Positions 27,601-41,300 of a DNA stretch of 64,000 nucleotides are shown here, piece by piece (positions within the stretch are counted from its first letter, which is position 1; every line of letters begins with the position of its first letter). Below the pieces are notes generated by a model that was not told where the DNA came from, did no database searches, and saw nothing but the letters and a program-made list of their open reading frames with translations. This stretch comes from Auanema rhodensis (taxonomy: Eukaryota > Animalia > Nematoda): the NCBI GenBank assembly GCA_964057225.1, contig OZ059897.1, forward strand, positions 13,950,001 to 14,014,000. The letters run 5' to 3'. The position numbers and the translations under genes are program-made.

Positions 27601-28097
27601 TTAGTCAGCATTCTTTTCTTTTCAACCATTTTTTTATTATCCTGCTTCAATCAATCTCTCAGCTTATTTACGGTTACTTCTATATTTTAGTTCCATTCTC
27701 GCTTGAAATGCTTGAAATAGAAGAAAATACCATGGTCAAGATCATTTTTTCTTTTTTTTAGCCTTGTTCAATGAGATTCCGCTCTTTCGATGAATGATGT
27801 TCTTAATGCTCTTCAGCTGCTACTGTCTTACGAATTCATTATGTTTATTCTTTTTCAGGATATCCGGAAACTGACCAAAAAATGGTCCTGAAGTGATTGA
27901 TAGATTATTTGTTTATTTTTCTGTCGCTATTTATTTGATTATCAAGCTGCCAGTCACCCAATTCTTGTTTTTTTTCCTCTTCAGGAGTTTTTTCCTAGGT
28001 TTATAACTTGAAATATGCATAAGATCAATGAAATCTCCTTCAATGAAACTCATTACATCTTAACATGATATGAAAATTTTGGAACATAGAATTGATT

Positions 28098-28171
28098 TGA
28101 GGTAGTATGTGTAAGTCAGCGGAGTTTCATTTATAATTTTTTTATCTGAATTTCTCTCGTACTGCTTCATA
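28098..28171 (+). ncRNA. let-7-family pre-miRNA (miR-84-like); predicted mature 5p UGAGGUAGUAUGUGUAAGUCAG (28098-28119)
   Basis: let-7 seed GAGGUAG; the first 13 nt match my recollection of C. elegans miR-84. The 3' arm (28146-28169) pairs nt 1-12 contiguously (with G-U) plus an inner UCAG/CUGA helix. The 26-nt loop contains GGAG. Confidence 0.78.
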
Positions 28172-31100
28172 TATATGTGATATTACTTTCATGATCTCCT
28201 TTCTCTCACTCTCGTTTACTTTCTCAATTTCTCTATATTTCTTTCATACTGACTTCGCTTGCACACCCTCCCCCTCTTTATTCTTCTTGTATATATGTAT
28301 ACACACATATGCACATATTCACGCTAACACAGATTTTTCTTTTTCAATCATCATCGTCTATACTCTCTCGTATACCTTAATACCCACCTATATCATAATC
28401 TAGTTTCTAAAACTGACGAGAAGTAATGGTAAAGAAACCGATATGTGCATTTTTCATATTGAAAAGCTTTTTTTTTGCAATTATAATTTATGTTAAAATG
28501 AAGTACTACTCAATTGAAGTATGAATTCTTTTTTTGGCTCTTATTTCAATTAATCTTAAATTCTGATGAAAGAAAGATTAAGAACATTGTTGGAAACATT
28601 GAGTCTGAATTGCTTTCAATATCTTTGATATATGATTTTATATATTCTTTCATATTACCGTCAACTACTTCGCATACTCCTGACATCTGTTTCTTCGACA
28701 TTTTTTTTGAAAAATCTGTTTCTATGTATACACGTTGTCATGTCGTTGTCATATTCATGTAATGGCATTAGTTTTTGGAAGAAATGAAGTACTACGTGTA
28801 GAGAAAATAAGATGCATAAAACTGACTTTTTCATTGAATCTTTTGGAACTTCAACATAAGTCAATTTACTCACAGAATTTAATTCTTCGTAATCAAATAG
28901 ATAGTTACGCATACATACGTGTATTGGCAAATGTTCATGATACACTGATCATGGTTCTTATGTCATCTTTTTCCTCGCTTTCTTGTTCTTCTGCCATGTT
29001 ACTACCCTACGTTTGACATCGTAGTGTCTGATGTTGTTTAAGCAAACTTGCAGAATACTGCACAGCACGACGGCGATCACATAGGTATTCAGACGTATTC
29101 GAATGTCATTTGATTTAAAGAAAAACTTTGGTGGGTGAATATGTTTTCTCAATCTTGCTTCACTTATTCTTTCTTTCGAATCCCCCCCCCGCCTCTGTTC
29201 GCTTATTTTATTTTTAAACACTTTACAGTATAATTAAATAATCATATTTCAAATTTCTTGTCATCAATTAACTTTGTTTATGTACTTTCTACCTCATATT
29301 TCATTTGTCTTCCGTATATCAACTATTATGAAAGTAATGAACACAAAATTACAAGGAAGTAATATTTTCTTTTTTTTTTGCAAAAGTTTTCAAATCTGGT
29401 TCATGAGCCTCCGATCATTGATGCTAACTAAATGATTATCTGCAAAATAGTTGAAACACAAGTATATACATACGTCTATCAGCTATATCACATGAATCTT
29501 TATACATACTAGTTCTCCAGAATCCTGACGACACGTTAAGCATTATGGTGATTTCATTCCCACTCAGTTAGCTTGCGGACTGATTCGTACAAATTGTCAC
29601 TTGAAGTGGAGAATATTTTGTTTTGCCCTGAAGGCATTAGAGCACAGATTTTTTTCTGCTGTTGCACATGCTTCATCTTTTTCTCTCCATTTGTCACGGT
29701 CGTCAGCTTCTTTTTGCTTCACATATTTCAGATTTCATCTTCATTTGCCTCATTACGGGTAGAGCTGTACGTTCCAATTCAATGTCCATAAGTGCTTAGA
29801 CCAGCTTTGTCAGTAACCGGATTCTCTTTCCTTTTATTTCTTTTTTTCTTTATCCCCCTCTCTGTTTCTCCGTATCTTTCTATATTTCCTAGTATGTGTA
29901 TCAACTCTGTCATGCGTAAGATTACTGCTAACTAGGACTGTGCATGAGTGTCTGGCTAGTTTGCAATAGGTTCTCAATGACTTCGTCTCAAGAATCCATA
30001 GGAGCAATTATGTCCCACAATTGGTACTGTCTATATACAGCTTAATCCTATGTTATTAATTTGTATTTTGTTGTCTTGTGTAGGATGCTCATGAGCAGAA
30101 TCATACATCCAATTAGGGAGGATCGTGGCCTCTATTCAGACGACTTCAGAACGTCATCTGTCAGCCCCAAATGTTTTGCTTATTAATCCTTAGCAAAGCC
30201 TTGACTATAGCCCTTGTGAACGATCCGGCTGTCTCCTAAGACATCTGTCTTCTTATTTTGGATTGGGATAGGCATTCATATTCTCGCGCCCTACCCTACC
30301 ACGTTCTTAATGAAAAATATTTCATTAATATCAATAGAAATTGATTATAAACTTCATAAACTTTAATTTAAATTTTATATTTCAATGTAAAAAAATATAT
30401 AATATATTTTTATTTTTGAACTATATGCAATGAAAAGTACAAAACACATTTTTTATGAATGTCCTGCCACAAACAGCCATTATCTTCGATTAGCTGATCT
30501 CAATCTAGCAACTATTTCCTTGTTCTGCTTCAGTAAATTTTCATTATATAGTATTCTTCTTTCTTTATTTCTTCTGAAGTTTTTTATAAGTTTCTTTTTC
30601 TTTCAAATAACTATCGTTGTTCTTCTTCATTAGATACAAAACCTTTATTTGAGTTCAACTCACGTCATCTCATCATGATGAACCATTAATTGTTGTTGAT
30701 CATTCGTCTTCTCTTTTTACTGTTTCTTCAATTCATGCTTATATCCGGCTCGTTTGTCTTCCTTCATCGCTGCCTACGCTAATCAATCTGCTTATTGTGC
30801 CATTGTCACCTGGTCAACAGTCGATTGTATCTTCATCTCATTAGTATGTGCCTTGTCCTCTTCATATTTCTACTTTGCTTTATTTCATTTCTTCTCTGAT
30901 CCATATTGTCGTTCTTCGTATAGCTCGTGTAGCTGGAGTGCTTGTGTGCTGTGTTGGCATAAGCTTCGGCGTCTACTTCTATTGTCTATCCACCAACCAG
31001 ACTCCTTAATAAAAGGCTATTGCTATGTTGAGAGCCACCCAATTCCTCTCTTTATATCAACTACTTACTCTCTCTCCCCTCTTTCTCTCATGCTCACCTC

Positions 31101-34100
31101 TCTTAATTTCTCTCCTTCCCTTTCGTTTTTTGTTAATGCCTTTATATAAAAATTTTTCACGCTCTTTTCATATCCTTCATTTTGCTTAGGATTCTCTTGG
31201 TACAATGTATTTTATTTTCCAAATATGAATACAGACATATTCTCACGAACGAGATCTTCATTGATCCATCTATAGATTTTCACCAAACCAATTCATGTCG
31301 CGTACAAACTTCCAGTAGCAAAACATCATTTGCTTGAATACATGTAGTCAGGCTTGCATACAAAAAATCTTTCAACGGAAGTCTACGTGCTAAACCATTG
31401 TACAGATAGACGTACATACAAACACACATAGCAGCAATCACTTTAACATCTCCGTCGACTTTACAAGCATCATCCTCTCGTTTGCCATCTCGTTGACTAA
31501 CACACTGCAATCATCGTTCCATCATACACGCCACTAGTCACCAACACCATCTTCATCTCTATGTCTTCAACACGTCTTCTCAAGCTTTAGCTGCTTCAGT
31601 TATTTCATAAAACACTCGACCGCATATGCATGTCCTCGTCTGCGTTTTAGTAAATGGTGAAATAGATGGAATTCCATTTTCTTCATATCCTAGCTGCTCT
31701 CGTAGCACACGGCTTTCTATTTCTATGTCGCGTTTTGTGCTATATTCTTTTTTTGTCATGCACGGAACCTGGCTCACATAAGACCAAATGCCCTCCTTTT
31801 CAAATCTGATGCCCTTAGAAGACAACTTCAGTTACTATTGCTGAGACTACTAATACTCCATTTACGATTATTTTTATTTTTACTAAAATTATTACTAAAC
31901 TACAACTCCAATGTTATTTTTATTATATATAAGATTGATAATTGCACACATTTTGCCTATACGTCATACTTATTTTACATTTTGTTTTTATTGTTTTTTT
32001 TCCTTCTTCTCAGTTTGGTACCTCTCAGTTCCAAAACCACTCTGTAGGAAATGGGATTCAAGGTTAAACGTTTACTTCTCACGTGGACATTCTCAATGAA
32101 TATGTTCAAGGAAATGTGCCTTTTTCAATCTTTGCAAGATATATTTCTTTTCGTTATTTATTTTTTTTGCATAACTGACGTAAAATGACAGTAAAATTTG
32201 AATAATCCATTTCACAAATGCTTCGTGTCTTCTGTGAATGTATAACCTTGTAATTTTTCTCTTAATGTTTTTATTCTCACTGCAACCATATTGCCATGTT
32301 AGTGCTAAAGCTTAAGAAAAGTCTGAAAGTCTGTCTTTCCTTCTGTTCCTTTTGAGATTTAGAAGAAAATGTGCTAGCATTCAGAGCCGACAAGCAGTTT
32401 ATAAAGACTAATTGAAAAATCGTTTTATGTGACAGAAATGGACCATAGAAAGCAGGAGGAATAAAGAATTTGTATGACCGAGAGAGAGAGAGGGAGAGAA
32501 TTATAGAAGAAAAAGAGAGATGAAGACTGAGTAAGATAAAGCTCAAAAAAGACGAAAGAGGTTGAGATTTAAGAAATAATAAAAAAATAGTGCAAATGAT
32601 ATAGAGTCATATGAATTAAATGTTTTTCGCTCTATGTGCGTAAAAACAAAACCAGGCAGTATAATCGTAATATACGAAATTGAAAAATCGGTAAAGCTTG
32701 GGGTTGTTTAAGGAAATATGAAAAAAGGAAATGGACTATAGACTACCTAAAAAGTATAATTCGTGTTAAAATGAATTATTTCATTTTGGATGAATTCATA
32801 GAAAAAAGTGAGATTGAAAGAAAAACTGCGCAATGAGGAGATTTAGGGGAAAGGAAAAATACTATAACCGGAAAATGGAGAATGATACACATGCTCAGAT
32901 TAAGAAACAAACAAATCTTGAAACAGCTTCTTAAAAAAGAAAAATAAGAAGGTGCTAAACAGAAGAGAAACGATTTTAATATTTTTTGCATTATGTTCAG
33001 ACGCCCCAACTTAAATTAGTTTATAATTTTCATATCTGATGATGTGTACACAACAAATTTAATGATTTGTCATATTCTAGAACATGCTAGTTGAAAAAAA
33101 TTATTTTCGAAACTCTTTCTCTCTATTTTTTACTTATTCTCTCTCTTTTTCTATCTTTCCATCTTTTACATTTCGCCTAACTGTCTGATTTGTAATCTGT
33201 ATGCTGTCTACACGCTTTGTTACCAACTCTCAACAACTGGCTTGTCTAGACATGTTTTATCGTCAGTGGTTTTGATCTATGGATTCAAAATAACAAGAAA
33301 GCAACCTTTAGATCACTCTAATCTTAGATTTTTAACATTCTTTTGCGTGTATTCTTTTCTCACTCAGTCCATATATAGGTTGCCCTTGATGTAACTAAAT
33401 TAAAGATGGTAAATATTTTGTCTTTACCCCAGTCAGTCACGAGAAACTTCGTTCAACAACTGTATTGAAATAAGTACAGTTATATCTTGAGACTTCTAAT
33501 TTCTTGAAGTCTTAATTATTTTTAATAGTTTACTTAATAGTTTGTTTGTCGTACTTAAATGGAATGTGGTTTCTTTGATCTATAATTTTAAAATGTTTCT
33601 TATTTCAGAGTAATAGCGATTCAGCATTAACTGTAAATATTCAGCTTGTAAGGTGTATGACAAACATGGTTCCTCTTTTCTTTTTTTTTTAATTTTATAT
33701 ATTATATTTACTATCTATATTGAAGTGTTTTTCTTTCTCTTCAACTTCCAGTTTCGTTAACCTGTTCTTTCAAAAACTTTTTTTTATAAATTACCAAATC
33801 TGTTCCAATTATTGCGTTCACATGATTAAAAGCGTCATTATCATAGAAATAGTACACACATCCTCAATATTGTTTTATTATAAACACATTCAAGTGAAGG
33901 TGTTCCGTTAACACAAGATCTCAAGATATTGAGAAGAAATGAACTAGCAACGAGGCGTATTTAAGTCGTTTTTGCTACATTTTACTAGTATTCTCTTAGT
34001 TATCTTCCATATTTTCTGCTGATAAGATTAACTACATAATCTGACAGTGTTTCACATTTTTCAGTAAAATCCCTGATCACAATATCTGCTTTTGCCCTGA

Positions 34101-35778
34101 GAAAGGGCATCACAGCTTTGACAAATGTCAATAATAGGTTTCAAATGCATCGTTTCATGTCTACTACAACCATATCTCTTCTTTTCGACATTTCTCTCTC
34201 TCTCTATCTCTCTATTTTAGAATTTTTCACTATTCCTTTTTTTCAACCTTACTTGTATGCTTTCCCAATTTCAGCCTTCAATGCTTCTTTTTTCATATAT
34301 CCCAATGACTGGTAGTGTATCCACAAAGTCATGACTGCTCGTAAGAAATCTGAGAGTAAAAAGCCAGAAGAATTTGACTAGCGAACATGAGATATCCGGA
34401 TACAAGTGAAGTCAGAGTGAATCCGTCTTCATCGTCCTTGTCTGCAAAATTAAACATAGGCCGATCAGTTTCCGTTTTAAAGATTCCAATCATTTCATTG
34501 GAATATATAACTTCCCATTTCAAATTGATATGATTATTTTGCTAAGCACACATCTGGATAAGAATTTACTGAACACGGTACAAAAACAATTTTTATCAAG
34601 CATGGTCATTGTGTTTCTCAAGATTATAGTGGTTTGCTAATAATCTCATCTCATTCACTTATCATTCCTTGTTGATTTATTTCTTATTCTGTTCTTCATT
34701 TCTTGTTCTAACTAAGAGCATGAACCATCAAATTACAATAGCTTTTATTGAATTGTGTACAAATTATTGTGATAACCGAGTTTTATTCATGTGCATATAT
34801 CAACTAGTTGGATGTCATTAGTGATTTATCTACGATAACTATATTTGTTTCTTCAAAGCAACCGCGGTTTCTGACCTTTATAACAACATTAGTAACGTTC
34901 CTTATATGGAAATCACAGAAAAGGCAAACTGCGTGTGTTTAATTGAGAAACCAAGCGAGCTGAACGAGATTCGTGTCACAACGAAATCAAGGCTTCAATT
35001 ACATAGCAGTGGTAGCATTTCAATCTTTTCGCCTTAGTTAGAAGTTGGTAGCAATTTTGGACAACTGGCCTTTCACCATCTTCCGGTATTTGGATGCATA
35101 GTCAAAATCTTCTAACAGCAGCAAAGAATGCACGATCTTAATTCCTATGATGTTGAAGTTTAATATGGATGTCCCATTATTTTCTAAATATAATAAGCTT
35201 CTAAAATATATACCTGTGGGCTCTTTTCTAAATGTGGCTTACCACGGGTTACCACGTACACGGTAGGTTTCTTTATATCACCAACCGGTTGTGAATGAAA
35301 GTTCTGACTCCGCCAGCATCTCCTTTTAATCGAAATCTTTGTATTTAATCCTCAGCCCTCTTTCTAATATTACGGCGTTCTTTATATATTTATACATACT
35401 ATGTGGTCTTCTTCTCTTGTTATCTCTTTCTATGTCTCTTTTTACTGAACAGAGAAGAAGAAGAAAGAGGAAAATAGGAGAGTGAGAGAGAGAGAGAGAG
35501 TTGGATTAGAAAAGACTTCTGGGTATCCACATTACGTCCCTAGAACAATCTAAACCTCTCTGAATCTATCTATATATAAAGCTGACTGCGATTTCTCTTC
35601 TCCTGCCACTGCCATCAAAATATTGCTCTCATGTTTCGCGTACGCTTATGGCTTGAGAGAGAGGAAGAGAGGGAGGAAAGAACGAAAGAAAAAGAGATTC
35701 ATGATCCAACACCCATACAGCAGCTCTTCGCTACTGAACTGACTCCCTCAAACACATCACAATATTTCTTTTCCCCTT

Positions 35779-35782
<4 letters not shown>

Positions 35783-35844
<62 letters not shown>
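35783..35844. repeat. (TC)n microsatellite
   Basis: Direct run. Confidence 0.9.
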
Positions 35845-35849
<5 letters not shown>

Positions 35850-38306
35850 ACTCTTATCATGTGGCTAACTGCTTTTCTCTTTACATCTTTTTTTTTGCAT
35901 TTGTCTTGTTAAATCTGCTGCTTCTTCGTTTCTTTCGCTTTGGAACCAATAAACAATCCACGGACATTCGAATTTTTTCCTCACAATTATTACTCTCCCA
36001 CACATGAGAAAACAAAAAGTGTCTGCTTCTCAATCCTTCAATCTCTTCAATCCTCACTTGTCTGCTTCTTTTTTACTTCTGCTTCACTCGCTTTTTTTTA
36101 CTTTGAAATCCTAATATATACTAATACAAGAGACTTCTTCTCGATATGTTCTTCTATCCCAGTTGATATCCAGAATTTATCTATTTAATGTCAATTGCCG
36201 TTCTTCGTCTTATTCTACACTTACGCAGACATACTCACATGCATATACACATGCACACACGCCACTACGCGCTATCGATCCCGAAATGAATGAGGGGCTT
36301 GATTCCTCCGCCCTGCTCTGCGGCTTTCAGTTCACATGACTAATACTCTTTACTATATATGGCTATATTCTTTTTCATGTTCCCCAGACTGCTATGTTCC
36401 TGCCGTACACCAATGAACTCTAGAGCAGTTCAAGTCATGAGGAAGCTCTGAATTCGTACTCACGAAAGTTGGTAGCTAAGGAAATTAATCACTTTGAATA
36501 TTTAATTCCCTAGTTCTGAACAATTCTCTTTGTTTCTACAAACCATGCGGATCATTTTAAGTATTTGTACTTTTAAAATATTTTTTTGCATAAATTATTG
36601 GCGATTAAAACGTTTTAGTTGACCAGTTTCTGAACCTGTCGCTGAACGAAGCATTCACGTATATCAGTCACGTCATTTTCATTTTTAACGACGTCGGTTC
36701 TGGTTGTCGAGGATTGAAAACATTTCTTTCGCTTTCTTTCATGTCCCTAAAACTGTATTTTACTGATTGTATTCATCGCGACAAAAATATTACAAAATTT
36801 TTTAACAAAGATAATAATTGGTCAAAATAGATTCAATACAATTTCAATACTATTTTATGTTTTTATTTCACTATTATTCAAAATTACATCTAAGGTTTAA
36901 ATAAAAAGGAAATCAAAATTCTCAATCAAATTCCTTTTATAATTTAATTATCATAATATCATTTTATTTCTTTAATTTCGAAAGATTATCTTACAACTAC
37001 ATAATTATACATCAATTTAAAATATAATCAGGAATTATCTATGTCAATTTGTACACCAATTTCACTGATTCATCTTTTAATGAGACCATGGTTCAGCTAA
37101 AAAAGGTTAAACATTGAATAATCGATATAAAATTAGTTTATATATTTGCACTGCTTTTACAAGCGGCCCTGCCTACTAACAACGTCCGCCATTTTCATTT
37201 TACGCTTATCTCTATTTCTTTCTCTTTATGTTCCCCTCTTTCCTTCTGTCTCTCACTATTTCTCTCTCTAACTTTCCGGCTCTGCGTCATTGCAAATGTT
37301 CAGTATTATTGTTACCTTTATGAAACAATTCCCTTTTTCTAATCATTTATCATTTCGTCAACAACATTGTTCTTGCACACATAATTTATATTAAATATTT
37401 AGTGTCTTAGGCGAATTGTATCATTCGCCTTCATTTTTTTTAACTTTTTCCTTTGTATTTTTCTTTTTCATTCATTCATCACAAATAATTTCTTCCTGAT
37501 CGACTTTAAGATTTTCTGCGCACTACTTATCTGATATTTGTACACGGCTCATAGCTTTTCCCACACCTTTCCTATTGACTGCTCTATCGTGCTTTGGTTT
37601 TCCTTAGGTTAATAGTCCTTGAAATAAGTTTAACTGTTGCAAAGATCGAAAATTAGTTCAATTTTTTGTTTTTCATTTCATATATGCCTGTTTATTTTTT
37701 AACTCAAGTGTTCACAGTTCTTATCATCATCATGGTCTATTTCGTATACAGCTTGTTTTGATCACCTAACATTCGATTTCTCTTTCTTTATTTTTTGGCG
37801 TCCCTGCACCACTTTCTGTTATTAAACAGTACACCTAATAATTTCAAATATCCATCGCTTCGCCTTCCATATTTGAAGTGTACCTGTTTTGCGTGAGTTT
37901 GCTCAAGCCTCAGTGTAGGCTCTACTTATACAAACAAAGAGCTCTGTGCTTCTACTTACCTACATGTAGCAATAGAACCTATGTCATTTCTGGCTTTTTC
38001 TTGTCCACATTTCCTATATGTTTAACCATTATACTACCATTTTCCTTTTTACTTTCTCATTATTCAGATTCTTTTCCATTTTTCGACATTATGTTTTGTG
38101 TTTTCTGATCAATAATTGATGATTACGTAGAGAAATCAACTTCTAGTTTTTATACGATTAACATTTGTTATTGTGATCTCTCTTGATTCTTCTTTCTTCG
38201 ATATATATATATATAAAGACTACCTTAACAAAAATTATGTTTTTCAGCTTATCTCTATAATAAGGTAACGAGGGGTGAAGAATATCGTGGGTAGTATCCC
38301 CTCGCG

Positions 38307-41300
38307 ATGACAGTAGTGGCCAGCTACGGTATGGTTCTATGTGGCAACTCCGATGACCACCAATATCGCTATAGGGGGAAAATAGAAAAGTTTGACGATT
38401 CGTTTGGAAAATTACTAAAATGTTTCATTTTAGAGTAAAATTTGGTGTTCCTATCAATGAAGCTTTTGCTCATGATATTCCAGCTACATTATTGGTAAGT
38501 TTTGGTTTGAAACTTGAATTATAATTCATTATATAGATATTATTATTAAAAGTTAATAAAGAAGGACCATTAAAGAAAGATATATGGAGGGCTCCCGGAA
38601 ATCAAGCTCAGGTAAAAATTTGGATTTGTTTCGGAAAAGTTATTTTTGAATTCAGGTTCGAAAATTATCGCATATTATGCAACATGGTCGGCTTGTGAAT
38701 ATTGCCAATTTTAGCGTATATACAGCTGCTTCTGTAATTAAAGTGAGCTTGTTAATATAATTTTTTAATAAATAATAAGCTTTAAGAAATTTTTATCAAA
38801 GCTTCCTGGAGGCATTTTCGGTATTGAGAATGAGCAAACCTTGTTCAACAGTTCAGTGAATAATAATGATGCTGATAAACAAAGACAAGTGTTTTTCAGG
38901 TTCGTTTATATATTTTTTATTTTATAATTTTTTAGTGAAGTAGATCATATTTCAAGTCCATAATGACGTTCGATTATCTTTCTCATTTCTTTGTATTTGA
39001 CATGACAACATGAAATTATTTACTTTGTACCGTTCGACAAGCGTTCTTCAGTCTAACATTTTTTTTGATAGCTCACAATCTATTAAAAAAATAATTTGAT
39101 TCTTAGAATTCCTAGCATTTGTAGTACTCTCGTAAGCATGAATATTTTTCATATTTTTCAGAATATTCTGTTCACTTCCTGTTCCTTCTCAACATTTATT
39201 AGTTCTTCTTTTTGGAACATTTCGCATGGTTGCTGATTCTGCTGATTCTTTTGGTACTAAAATGACGCCTGATGCTATTGCTATATCTGTAGCACCCTCA
39301 CTTTTTCATTCTTGTATTCATGATGGTAGACAGGTATGTCTGTGTTCAATTGTTGTTTGAAATATTTTGTTTTTTAGGCTAAGGTTGAAGATGTTCAACG
39401 ATTCAAGTTAGCTTCTCAAGTTGTTAAATCAATTATTGTGTCATTTGGTCATACGAACCTCTTTCCTCGTGAATGTTACGAGTTTTATGCAAGAATTACG
39501 GGACGCACCTTAAGGGTGGATGAAAATTGGCTATTCACTTTCCAGTATCCATCAAGTAAGTTCTGTTTGTTTTTGATCAATTAGATTGCTTTAACTGTCG
39601 CAAATTTAAAAAACTAAAAGACGACCAGTAGAGCTTTATACATGGCTTTTGTAAGATTAGGCGTTTCTGAATATTTTCCGAATATTAAATCAAAAACACA
39701 AGCAATAGTTGCCTGAATCACCTTCTTAGATAAAGTTAATTGCGATATGTGAGCTAGTTTTATTCAATTGACCACCAACAGCTTAGTGGCATAGCACTAG
39801 CAATTTCCACGTTGTCCCGTTTAAACTTAAATTATCCTGTTTTGGATATCATGCGTATTAGCTCTCTATTTAATAATAGCAATGTGTTACTCCTTGAAGC
39901 TTTGTGATATCCAGAATTATTTTTTATGACCGCTCATAAGTCTCTTGCTCACCCTACTTTATAAACTGTAGCTTAGTTACAAGTGCATGTGTGTTTCTTT
40001 TGTTGACGTGTTTCCTAACTTTAGTTTTGCATGTTCGTCTGGAAAACACTGACTGTTTCAGTCTGTGCTGATTGATGTATTTCTACTCTATCAGTCATCA
40101 TTTCGGGTTTTATGGATCTTCTTATATTGTTTGTTCATTGGAACTATTGTTGTCATTCCTACCTAAAGAGGCATGTAAGTCGATCTCGCTGTCTTTTATG
40201 TCGTCTTAGTTGCTCCTCAGTAGTTTATGAGTGTGACTCTACTCGGAAGCGCTTTTGTGAAATTTTTTCCTTAAAAAAAATAAAAATGTATTTGGTTAGT
40301 CTAACCGTGGGTGTGAGGTGTTGTTGTTCACAGATCTTTCTTCTCCTGCCTTCTCCATGATGGCTGCAAAATGTGCTGGAGCTTACTCGTTGGCTGCCCT
40401 TCATTTGGAACACGAATCGGATCAGCAACTCGACAGCTCTCGGAAATCTTCAGTTCAACGTACAGGATCTCTACATCGTCACCCCCTTGCTCACACTGCG
40501 GATCATCCTAAGCGGCCACCTCATATTGTTGTTGATGTTGTAGATCTGAAACAATCTATAAGTTGCGATTTTTAATTTTTTTTAGACTGCGCTACCTCCA
40601 ATTTGCCTGCTAATTGTTTTTCTGTCTCTTATCTTAATACTGAATCTATATTCTGTTCAATTTATACGAATTTATCTCTTGAATTTATTCCATATTTGTC
40701 TCTTGCCTTGAATTTGCATAATTCGTATCCTTTATTGTCTAAGCTCAATGTGCTCTAAATTGACTGTTTGCAAACAATGTTGATACGGCATCAGTTCTTT
40801 CTATGTTAGCAAAATTGGAATATTACTTCTAACTTTTACTGTTTTAATAATTAATATTGTTCAACAACCTCTTCCATGGTTCTTAAGACCGATTACTCAC
40901 TTTCATCTCACATGTCTCATAATAACTTTTGTGCTTCCTTATAACCATAAGATTAGGTCGTGATCTTGTTTTTATTGGTCAAAAACTATGATACGTGTAA
41001 CACTGCTATTCATTTATGTCTATAAATGCTCATAATATAACTGTTCCTTTTTCATCGTTAATGTATTGTGTAATTTAATTTAACTAGCTCACTCGCAATT
41101 AAGGTATGTTCATGCGATTGTTTTTGTTTTTCTCTTACTCATTTTTACCCTTTTTTTTTAGGAAGTTCTTCAAGACCGAATGTTGTGATTAGTGATTCCT
41201 CTACAACTGAGACACCAGTCTCTAATCACCCAATCGTTCGAAAATCAACAACAACTTCAAATAACAATCGTCTTAGTAATCGTTTGAGTAGTAGCGTTGG

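Noticed and set aside
29275-29296. Minus-strand let-7-like miRNA starting TGAGGTAGAAAG
   Set aside because: No complementary arm at hairpin distance; better read as a target site.
24921-38108. Many 60-150-aa ORFs in the intergenic tract
   Set aside because: Low complexity, no recognisable motifs and no coherent exon chain.
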